A model generated the notes under the pieces. The model saw nothing but the letters and a program-made list of their open reading frames with translations. It did no database searches and was not told where the DNA came from. 64,000 nt of DNA from a virus: the IMG/VR virus record IMGVR_UViG_3300006735_000001, positions 49,578-113,577 of that record; one strand, given 5' to 3'. Below are positions 38,840 through 48,004 of this stretch, piece after piece. Position numbers and translations under genes: made by a program. Positions within the stretch are counted from its first letter, which is position 1. Each line of letters opens with the position of its first letter.

Positions 38840-41386
38840 TTATAACATTTCTATATCAGCACCAGCAGCTATTAATTTAGCTAACATTGCCGGCCCTACA
38901 TTTACAGTTTGACTATTTATACTACCACCTCTTTTTGATGTTCTGGTTGATCCTTGATTTAAAAATAAACCAGTAGTTGCATCATCCTCTGAACCAAACA
39001 TAGAATCATTTACTGATAAACCTTTACCTTTAATAAAAGGAGGAGCTTGTACATTAAACTGGCTATCTGCACCAGTTTGATTAAATAGATTTACATATGC
39101 ATCATCTTTATCCTTATCACCAAAAATTACATCATTTACTACACTTGAACCTACAACACCAAACGCACCCACATCCTCAAAAGTTTTCATAGCATTACTA
39201 TTATATACATCTTTTGCTAAACCACTTAAAGATGTATCAGGATTAAAAGTAAACTTTGCTGGATTAATATTTTGACCAGGATTTACTTGTGCTAGTTGTT
39301 GATCTGTTTGATTATTCAAACTATCTACTATTGCTTGATTATTTTCTTCTAATGGTGTAGAACCTAAATCTGGAAACCTATTTTGTAAAAATGCATCTGC
39401 TACATCTTGTGTATCTTGCATATAGTTTGTCATTCCTTGATTATTAAATAATGCGGAAAAGTCAATATTGGTTTGTGCTTTAGGTAAGTCATTACCACCA
39501 TACTTTCTTTTCATTATTTTATCTTGTACAAAGTCAGGTAATGCACGGAATCCTTCATTATCTGGTTCACCACCTTTTTCAGCTTTATTCATAGATGCTT
39601 TAATAGCTGCATCTTTTCTTGCTAAATATACATCTTCTCCTTTAGGTCCACCATATTTCATATAACCCATCTTGTTACGTACTTGTCTTGGTAACTTACG
39701 TAAACCTTTACCTTTTTTTCCTGATGGTGTTTGTTTTAGTTGACCACCAAATTTTACTTCTTCTTCTATTTCTTCTACCTTAACATCTTCTATGTTAATA
39801 GGAGTATCTACATCATCAGTAATAATATTTTTAAGAGCCTTCTGCTCTTCAGCTTTACTACGTTTTTTTTCATAGTAATTTCTATATAGTTTTCCTATGC
39901 CACTACCTATATCATCTCCTAGTCCATCAAAGAAAGGTACTGCATCATCATTTATAAAACTCTTTACATCTTGCCCTATATTTTTTGCGTTTTCTTTTTG
40001 AGTATTTAACCAATTATTAAAGTTTGCTCTTTTATTTGCTGGTATGTTAGATAAATCAAAATTAGAAAATACACTAGGATCTATATCAGTACCTGCTTTA
40101 AGACTTTCATTTATATAATCTTGTATAGCTTTTTGATTAGCTGGAGATACATCTATCTCAAAATCAACAGATCCTCTGGTAACTCTATCAATATCATTTA
40201 AATTTTTCTTTTTTCTCCAATCTCTAAATGTACCATCTGCAGCACCGTCACCATTTTTATCATCAGAACCAAAAAACATATCATTGGTATTACTTAAAAA
40301 GTTATAAATTCTTCCTAAGTTATTCATAGAGTTGTCTGGAACAGGGTTGTATTTATAACCTTTTTTTGATGCATCTCCTGGTTCTTGTTCATATAAAATA
40401 CTACCATCTAATGCTTTTACATAACCGTCAGATATATTAGGTCCAAAAAATTTAGAGTAATCTATATCATTTAAATTCTTAAATGTAGAATTGAAAGCAC
40501 CTGCACCGGTTGTACCCTGAGTACCTTGAGTACCAGCAATAACATCATCAATCATACTATTAGATTGTCTGTCAGTATTAGAGTTATTTCTATTAGCACT
40601 TGAAATACCAAATGCATTACCCAATGCTTCAAAAGCAGCCGCATATTTTGGATCTAAATCAGGACGTTTTGCATATACATCTTCTGTATCTTGTTTGTAA
40701 TCTGTTTTTCCTTGATACTTATCAGTATACTGCTGAGGAGTAAGACTCTTAATAAAGTCCATATTTATATTAAACTGAGCTTTAGGTAACCCTTCACCAC
40801 CTTCTTCTCTTTTAAACTTAGCAGCATTCTTTGCAAAATTAGCCATCTTTACAACAGCAGGAGAATATTTCTCCTTATTTGCCATAACCTTCTTAGCAGC
40901 TTCTTGAACGCCCATACCACGTGCTTTAGCCCATCTAGTAAACTTACCTCTATTTTTCTTTTTAATTTCTATACCTGATTTAGCTTCATCCATCATTGGA
41001 TCTATTTCGTCTAACACAGGTAACTTATCTTGATCACTTTCTATATATTGCTCTCTACTAAGTTCTTGAGGATTTTGATTTATTTCTTCTCCTGTTGGAT
41101 CAGCAGGTCTCTGCATCTTTTCAACATTCTTAAATATAATCATTATGTCTTCTTCTTGCATTCCAGATACCATCATTGCTTGTGCAAGACTTTGTTGGTC
41201 TACCTGCTTCTCCATTAACATCATTACAACTTCTTCAGGTTTTTTACCTTGTTGTATAGACATCATAAAAAAATCACTTATTTGTTTAATTTGTGGATCA
41301 ACTTGTGGTGGATTTGGTTGCATACCTGGTTGCTCAGGAATCATCTGTCCACCTTGTTGTTTTAAACTTTTTTTGTTTAGATGCAT
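38840..41386 (-). CDS. modular virion-region protein (848 aa) with many xxGG-delimited mini-modules
   Basis: Modules IKKKNRGKFT..ANFAKNA, GLRKLPRQVRNKMGY and GFRALPDFVQDKI, each flanked by GG motifs. Confidence 0.55.
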   Translation of the reverse strand: MHLNKKSLKQQGGQMIPEQPGMQPNPPQVDPQIKQISDFFMMSIQQGKKPEEVVMMLMEKQVDQQSLAQAMMVSGMQEEDIMIIFKNVEKMQRPADPTGEEINQNPQELSREQYIESDQDKLPVLDEIDPMMDEAKSGIEIKKKNRGKFTRWAKARGMGVQEAAKKVMANKEKYSPAVVKMANFAKNAAKFKREEGGEGLPKAQFNINMDFIKSLTPQQYTDKYQGKTDYKQDTEDVYAKRPDLDPKYAAAFEALGNAFGISSANRNNSNTDRQSNSMIDDVIAGTQGTQGTTGAGAFNSTFKNLNDIDYSKFFGPNISDGYVKALDGSILYEQEPGDASKKGYKYNPVPDNSMNNLGRIYNFLSNTNDMFFGSDDKNGDGAADGTFRDWRKKKNLNDIDRVTRGSVDFEIDVSPANQKAIQDYINESLKAGTDIDPSVFSNFDLSNIPANKRANFNNWLNTQKENAKNIGQDVKSFINDDAVPFFDGLGDDIGSGIGKLYRNYYEKKRSKAEEQKALKNIITDDVDTPINIEDVKVEEIEEEVKFGGQLKQTPSGKKGKGLRKLPRQVRNKMGYMKYGGPKGEDVYLARKDAAIKASMNKAEKGGEPDNEGFRALPDFVQDKIMKRKYGGNDLPKAQTNIDFSALFNNQGMTNYMQDTQDVADAFLQNRFPDLGSTPLEENNQAIVDSLNNQTDQQLAQVNPGQNINPAKFTFNPDTSLSGLAKDVYNSNAMKTFEDVGAFGVVGSSVVNDVIFGDKDKDDAYVNLFNQTGADSQFNVQAPPFIKGKGLSVNDSMFGSEDDATTGLFLNQGSTRTSKRGGSINSQTVNVGPAMLAKLIAAGADIEML

Positions 41387-41396
41387 TTTGCTAGAG

Positions 41397-41416
41397 TTAT
41401 ATTAATAATATACAAA
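41397..41416 (-). promoter_or_regulatory. putative phage late promoter, copy 3
   Basis: TTTGTATATTATTAATATAA. Confidence 0.6.
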
Positions 41417-41446
41417 TAATTAAGGAATTTCACTAATCTTTTAGGT

Positions 41447-44400
41447 TTAAGAATTTCCTATGACATGTGTCATAACATAATTAGGTATAGACATATTTGC
41501 TAATTTAGCTGATTTATAATTCTTCCTATTAAGTTTATCATATACTCTTTGAGCTTGTTCTTTTGAACCTCCTTCTTTATATATACCCTTAATGTAGTTT
41601 GTATAAATTTTATTCATAGATCTTAAAGGGCCTCCTTTTTGTTTAAAATATTCTATAATATCATTATACTTAGGATTAATAATAATATTTTCAAACTCAT
41701 CATTAAATTTAGAGTCCTTCCTCTTTAAGATTTTATTAATATAATCACTTGATTCATTATTTATAGAGTCTGTCCAATCTGTAGAATTATATATATCTAT
41801 ACCTTTATTTTTTAATTTTGTTATTGAATTTTTTGCACCAGTTGGACCAGCATTATATGCAAATAAAATTTTAGCCAAAACAGATTCATCATTACCTTGA
41901 TTTAAATAAGGTCGTTCACTTAAATAGTTCATCCATTTTTTTTGTGCTGGGATAGCCTGATTTATATCATATGGATCAAAATCATCACCTACTATTTTTA
42001 AACGTTGCATTTCTTCAATAGTTATAGGTGTAAATTGTGCAACACCTTTAGCATCCTTTTTAGATGTAGCATTTGCATTAAAAGATGATTCTTTAAATAA
42101 TTGTCTTAATAATAAATCATTACTTATAATTGGTGCACTGTTCTTTGTAATAATTTGTGCTCTGCTTGGTGTAGAAACGGGACCTCCTTCTTGATATTTC
42201 TTTTGTTTTATATTTAAATACTTAGAATTCTTTAATGCATTCCGTGTATAGGCATCTCTATTAGGATCACTACTACTAGTTCCTGCATATAATCTTGGTA
42301 AATCTTCTATGGCTACATTACCACCTTCTCTGTTATTACGCAAGTATGCTAAAATACCTACTGTACCTAATGCAGCTTTTTTTGGATCATCAAAGTCTTC
42401 ACCACTTGTTATACCTAAACTAGCTAATGATTTTACTAACTCAGGTTCCTTTAGTATTTGACCCCATCTAACTTGTGTTAATCCCATACTAGCATTATTA
42501 GGATCAGATATACCTACATTATCAAGTAAATTATTTACATTTCTTTCTGCTTTATAGTCTGCACTTCCTCTAGGTCCTATTTTTAAACTATCAGGTAAAT
42601 CTAAATTATCAATAGCTTTATCATAAAGAGATGATCCAAATTTTAGACCAGCTCTTACAGTATTACCTATTGCACTATGTGTATCTCCAAAACCTGTTTC
42701 ATTTCCAAATATACCAAAAGCTAATCCCGCTAAATCATTATATACATCACCATTAACTTTTAAATTTTTCATTACAAGTTGTTTATTATCTTGCAGTGAC
42801 TTAGCAAAAGGTACTACTGTATTATTGTATTCTTCATCATCGTCACCAAAAAAATCAGTTTCATTAAATTGATCTTCTTTAAATTTATCATCTATAGATA
42901 CTTGTATAGGTTTATAGTTTAAAGTATTAACGGTTCTATTTATTCCTTGCCCTTTTTGTATATTACCTCTATCATCTTCATATTCTAAATAATCATTTCT
43001 TTTAGAACCAGCCTTAAAATTTAATTGACCATTTTCAAATACAAACTTATTTCCCTCATCTTCTGGTAGTATAAATACTTCAGAGCTTTGTTGCAAATAA
43101 TCTGTCAATACATTTAAACTGCCTTGATTACATCTTATGCAACCATTAGATACTCTACTGTTATCATCATCAATATATCCTGCATGAAGTGAGGTTCCTA
43201 CATTTTGACCAGATTCATTAGATAAATTAAAGCTAGGTAAATCCATATAACCAGCTCTGTTTATATTAGATATTTTATATCTTCCTGCTCCTGTCATTTT
43301 ATTACCAGCTGACCAATCAATATTATCTGGTGATATTTCATCTTGACTAATAGTACCATCTTGATTTATATCTACATATTTTGTAACTGTTTGAGCATCA
43401 CCCATAACTGCACCTAAATCTACAGGAGCACTATAAATAGGTTCATTTGGATTATTACCTGGCTCATAGACATGCATCAATCCGGATTGTTTATCTACTA
43501 TTACATAAGGTTTATTATTATTTGATTGATTCTGAAAGTTAACAATCAAATCAGCTTGACTCATTTTATTAAATTCATTAGCCCTATTTTTTACATCAGC
43601 AATATCTTCATACTCATCTATATCTACAACATCAGTAGAACTATATGGACTAGCAACCAATTCATTTTGAACTTGTATATCTTGTGCTTCTCTTTGTCTT
43701 AATCCAGCATTTGTCATATCTTCATCAGATGGATTAAACTCTTCACCTTTTAGATTTGTTCCATAGTTTTTATTATTATAATTAAATATTTTATTAGGAC
43801 CATAGTAATCTCTTGCTATTCTAAATGCAGAATTAAAATCTTGTGCACCATTAATTCTATCATCAACTTCTACTACACTTAATGTAGAAAGAGGTGTATC
43901 AGCAGTATTAGATGGAGGTAAATTAGTAGATGGCGTAGGTTTAAATTTATTAGGATTATCTAATAACTCTGATCTTAACTTCATATTTACATCATAACTA
44001 CCATCAGTTAATCCTTGTTCTTTAGCAGCTGACCATGGAGTTCCAGTAACATTTTCCCAAATATCACTTACTGCACCACCTTGTTGTGCTTTAGGTAATG
44101 TTTTAATCTTACCGTTCTCAGTTCTAGCATATCTATTATTTTCATTTTCCATGCTAGGAATGAGTGTGCCTGAATAAGTTTTACCTTTCCATTGCCAGCT
44201 TACTGATCCACCTTCTTTAAAACCTAATTTGTTTTTCCAGTAATTTGGTATATTTTTAATACCTTCCATAGAGATGTCTATATCATTAATGGGAATACCA
44301 GTCATCTCTGCAAAACTATCAACATCAGAAAGCCCCTCAACCTGAGGAATAAATTGAGCTCTTTCATTATATAATCCTTTTAATACATTTGGTATTGTTC

Positions 44401-47400
44401 CTTCTGGTAGATTATCATATATATCTTTTATATCATTACCTAGTTTACCTAATCTATTTTTTGCCATTTGAACTCTACCTGTACCAGGTTTATCACCACC
44501 AGGAAGAACATCTGATAAAAATACATCAAGATCAGCCAATGTTTTATTTCCTAATCTTTCAAAATATGCAGGATTATTTCTATTTTTTATTGCTTTTATT
44601 GCTGTAGGATTTTGTAATACTGTTTCTACTGCATTATTTATTTCATTTCTATCTAAACCATCTAAATAATTTGTGAGAAGATTAATGGTGTCACCACTAA
44701 GATCTACTTTTGCTTCTTCTTTTACTAATTTTGCTAACCCATCAAATCTACTTGTCCTTTTTCCTTTTACACTTCCTGGAACTATTTTATCACTATAATT
44801 TTCTAAAATATTATCCATAACAAAATTAGGATCAGTAATACCCCCTCTACTATTTTCTGGTGAATTAGGATCCATACCTAAGGCCAAACATACTCCAGTA
44901 GCACAATTAGAATCTAAAAAGTCATAATTATATATGCTGTTATCCTCCAATGATAAAGGAAGTTTAGTTGTGTTCATTCTTAAATTACTATGAATAGAAC
45001 TTCTTTCAGTACCTTCAAATAATTGTGCTTGATCTACAAAACCTTTTATTTCTTCATCAGATAAATCTAAATCTAAAACTCTTACCTCATTTTTCCCTTT
45101 ATAATCTTTTTCACTAACACGCTTATTTCCTGAACCAGTTGACCATCTATTTACACGGCCAACTAAATCAGTACCAGGTATTTGATTTACTTGATCACCT
45201 GTATCAGTATTAATTAGTACAGCTTCAATATGTCCAGGACTAAACTTTTTACTTCCATAAGGATATTGTATAACTCTTACATTATATTTTGAATAATCTA
45301 TTTCTTTACCGTCTTGAGCCATATTCCAACTTACTAAACCACCTTCTTTTTGTTGGTTTAATCCCGCTGCTCCTATAATAGCTGGAGGTGCAATAGCAGG
45401 AAAAGCTTTATTATTCATTAATTTAGATAACTTTGGATATGTTGAAGGATCTAAAAAATCTAATAATCTAGTATTACTAAAAAAACTATCTGAAAATCCA
45501 GGATTCTTCTCAATTAAACCAGCAGGTCTTGCAGAAAAACTTTTTTTTGCTGCATTTAATATGCTAGGGGTTATTTCATCATATATGTTATTTATTAAAC
45601 CCCTCTCTAGCATACTTCTCCTTAGTTCAACAGCAAAAGGTATAGGTTCATCTCCTATATATCCTTGTCTAGGGTTAGGACTTCCAGTTGCAAAGTAATC
45701 ATAGTCACTTGTTAATTGTTTACTTCCAGTATTGATCTTAGCTTTGTTCAAACCAAAACCAGTACCAGAAGACAAATCTAATTTAGTATTAACTAAATCG
45801 TTAGGTTTAAGTACTCTGAATTCATCACTCAAACCTATAGGTCTGTTAGCATTAAATAAATGTCCAATTTCATGATCTAAAGTAGTATTAAGACTTTTAC
45901 CACTAAACATAGGGCCTACACCTATAGTTCCTTTTCCAGGTTTAAGACCTAATCTAGTTGTAAATGAATAATCTCCTGACATAGGAGAACTTCTATTTAC
46001 AGTTATTACATCACCCACTGTACCTCCAGCACCTGGATTCCTAAAATATGCATTAGTAAATAAACCTTGATTTTCACTTATAAAATTTTTTGCTATATCA
46101 TAGTATTCACTAGAAGGATTTCCTGCACCATCATTAAACATATTACGTGCATGATGATTAATGGTATTTCCTTTTAAATTTGATAATTCTTGATATCTAG
46201 CTAATGCTGCTGATTGAGCTGCATCATCTAATGTAGTACCTGCTGGCGGAACATAACCAGATGCTTTTAAATGATTTAACTCTTGATTTGCTAGTCTATT
46301 AAAACCTTCTGATCCAGGTTTAATCTCATCTAGTCTCATTGTTATAAAATTATCTATTTCATCAGCATTTCTACCTAACATTTCTAAACCATCTGTTAGA
46401 TCAGGATTACTACCAGGTGTAGCGTCAAAGATCCTATCTCTTACACTTTTTATTTTTTGCATGTCTACATCTACAACATCATCAAAATTAGTAGGTGAAA
46501 TACCTCTGTCATTAAATTGATTTATTTGGATTCCTCTACCACTTGTAGAAGCTCCTGTAAAATATTTACCTGCATTAAGCGCTGGTATACCCATAGATAA
46601 AGCATCAAGCCCTACTGTAGCAGCATTACCCAAAGTAGGGTTATCAATAAACTGTTTTGTGTCGGGAGCTATATTACCTGCTCCATATACAAAACCTACT
46701 CCATCTAATGTTTGACCAACAGTAGCTCCAGTAGAAATTGGTCTATAGTTCATTGCTTTAGAAAAAGGTTGCCCTATATACTTAGAAGCAAATCTTCCCG
46801 CAGGACTGTTAGCTAAGAATCTTAATCCTTGTGGTACTCTACTAAGTCCTCCTACTGCACCCATTCCCATTCCTAATACAGGAGCTGTTGCTGCTCCAAT
46901 AATATTCATAGTATTCATCTGCATTGCATCTCTCTTCTGCAGCATGTCATTCCACTGCGGTCTGAAAAACTCATCCATTGTATAATCCCCAAGGGCTGTT
47001 CCTCTTTGATAGTTTCTCCCATACTTTTGGTTGTATTCCTCTAGAGTCCCTTTGAAAGGTGAATACCACCAATCTGGATCATTTTCTAAATATTCAGGTT
47101 TCTCATACTCATACTGATATATATCCTTTCTTCCCCTACCTGTATTTAATAATCGTGAAACTACATTTCCATCTTTATCTGAGTCACGGAAGGCTGTGTC
47201 TTTTTTTCTTTTTGGTGCACTTAAAACAATTTCATCTAAATCATAACCATCAGTTGTCATTTTAGTTGGTATAACCCCTTCTTCTAATTCTACTGTTTCA
47301 CCAGCAGTCTGCATTTTTGGTAGTTTTAGATATTCAGGTCGGTTTGGTTCTCTTCCAAACAGTCTATCATAATAATTTTTATCATAAAGCTCTCTAGTAT

Positions 47401-48004
47401 ATTCTGATGGAGTGTATCCTCCATCTTCTGCCCATGTACCACCTGTATACCCGTCTATATTATGGTATTTAGACTGATTACTAAATGTTGGATGATTTGG
47501 TTTTTTCCATTTATCACTTCCATGATTATCCTCATCCATTTTCATATAGTCACCAGACTTCCAAAAACCTTGAATATCATATGCTCCAAGATCCATTGTA
47601 ATATCTCTACCCTGTCTTTTAGATTCAGAAGTTACCCAAGCATCATATTTAATTTTTTCTTCTTCTGTAAGTGGTGTATTATACTTTTCTTTAAATATCA
47701 TTTCAGGGTCACCACCAACTTGAGCCATAGGTACTTCAACAACATAGTCTGCATCTTTGAAGTTATAATTTAATTCTCCAGGTTTCATATCCTGAACCAT
47801 ACCATTATTTCCATATCCCCTAACTGGAAAGTCTACACCTTCCATAGTAATATTATTTGACTCAATAATATTAAACGGATTGTTTACATCAGGGCTATCT
47901 GATTTATATCCTTCTACAGATATGTATTGTGTTATATTCTGTAAGAACTCATTAGGTCCACCCGGAAGCCCTCTTCTTTCTGTTTTTGAATAACTTTTTT
48001 TCAT
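41447..48004 (-). CDS. multi-enzyme protein (2185 aa): zincin, permuted papain-like peptidase, L,D-transpeptidase, lytic transglycosylase(s)
   Basis: HEIGH; PGHIEAV..YDFLDSNCAT; IVDKQ..SLHAG..RVSNGCIR; ESSFNANATS.KDAKGVAQF..FAYNAGP. Confidence 0.75.
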   Translation of the reverse strand: MKKSYSKTERRGLPGGPNEFLQNITQYISVEGYKSDSPDVNNPFNIIESNNITMEGVDFPVRGYGNNGMVQDMKPGELNYNFKDADYVVEVPMAQVGGDPEMIFKEKYNTPLTEEEKIKYDAWVTSESKRQGRDITMDLGAYDIQGFWKSGDYMKMDEDNHGSDKWKKPNHPTFSNQSKYHNIDGYTGGTWAEDGGYTPSEYTRELYDKNYYDRLFGREPNRPEYLKLPKMQTAGETVELEEGVIPTKMTTDGYDLDEIVLSAPKRKKDTAFRDSDKDGNVVSRLLNTGRGRKDIYQYEYEKPEYLENDPDWWYSPFKGTLEEYNQKYGRNYQRGTALGDYTMDEFFRPQWNDMLQKRDAMQMNTMNIIGAATAPVLGMGMGAVGGLSRVPQGLRFLANSPAGRFASKYIGQPFSKAMNYRPISTGATVGQTLDGVGFVYGAGNIAPDTKQFIDNPTLGNAATVGLDALSMGIPALNAGKYFTGASTSGRGIQINQFNDRGISPTNFDDVVDVDMQKIKSVRDRIFDATPGSNPDLTDGLEMLGRNADEIDNFITMRLDEIKPGSEGFNRLANQELNHLKASGYVPPAGTTLDDAAQSAALARYQELSNLKGNTINHHARNMFNDGAGNPSSEYYDIAKNFISENQGLFTNAYFRNPGAGGTVGDVITVNRSSPMSGDYSFTTRLGLKPGKGTIGVGPMFSGKSLNTTLDHEIGHLFNANRPIGLSDEFRVLKPNDLVNTKLDLSSGTGFGLNKAKINTGSKQLTSDYDYFATGSPNPRQGYIGDEPIPFAVELRRSMLERGLINNIYDEITPSILNAAKKSFSARPAGLIEKNPGFSDSFFSNTRLLDFLDPSTYPKLSKLMNNKAFPAIAPPAIIGAAGLNQQKEGGLVSWNMAQDGKEIDYSKYNVRVIQYPYGSKKFSPGHIEAVLINTDTGDQVNQIPGTDLVGRVNRWSTGSGNKRVSEKDYKGKNEVRVLDLDLSDEEIKGFVDQAQLFEGTERSSIHSNLRMNTTKLPLSLEDNSIYNYDFLDSNCATGVCLALGMDPNSPENSRGGITDPNFVMDNILENYSDKIVPGSVKGKRTSRFDGLAKLVKEEAKVDLSGDTINLLTNYLDGLDRNEINNAVETVLQNPTAIKAIKNRNNPAYFERLGNKTLADLDVFLSDVLPGGDKPGTGRVQMAKNRLGKLGNDIKDIYDNLPEGTIPNVLKGLYNERAQFIPQVEGLSDVDSFAEMTGIPINDIDISMEGIKNIPNYWKNKLGFKEGGSVSWQWKGKTYSGTLIPSMENENNRYARTENGKIKTLPKAQQGGAVSDIWENVTGTPWSAAKEQGLTDGSYDVNMKLRSELLDNPNKFKPTPSTNLPPSNTADTPLSTLSVVEVDDRINGAQDFNSAFRIARDYYGPNKIFNYNNKNYGTNLKGEEFNPSDEDMTNAGLRQREAQDIQVQNELVASPYSSTDVVDIDEYEDIADVKNRANEFNKMSQADLIVNFQNQSNNNKPYVIVDKQSGLMHVYEPGNNPNEPIYSAPVDLGAVMGDAQTVTKYVDINQDGTISQDEISPDNIDWSAGNKMTGAGRYKISNINRAGYMDLPSFNLSNESGQNVGTSLHAGYIDDDNSRVSNGCIRCNQGSLNVLTDYLQQSSEVFILPEDEGNKFVFENGQLNFKAGSKRNDYLEYEDDRGNIQKGQGINRTVNTLNYKPIQVSIDDKFKEDQFNETDFFGDDDEEYNNTVVPFAKSLQDNKQLVMKNLKVNGDVYNDLAGLAFGIFGNETGFGDTHSAIGNTVRAGLKFGSSLYDKAIDNLDLPDSLKIGPRGSADYKAERNVNNLLDNVGISDPNNASMGLTQVRWGQILKEPELVKSLASLGITSGEDFDDPKKAALGTVGILAYLRNNREGGNVAIEDLPRLYAGTSSSDPNRDAYTRNALKNSKYLNIKQKKYQEGGPVSTPSRAQIITKNSAPIISNDLLLRQLFKESSFNANATSKKDAKGVAQFTPITIEEMQRLKIVGDDFDPYDINQAIPAQKKWMNYLSERPYLNQGNDESVLAKILFAYNAGPTGAKNSITKLKNKGIDIYNSTDWTDSINNESSDYINKILKRKDSKFNDEFENIIINPKYNDIIEYFKQKGGPLRSMNKIYTNYIKGIYKEGGSKEQAQRVYDKLNRKNYKSAKLANMSIPNYVMTHVIGNS

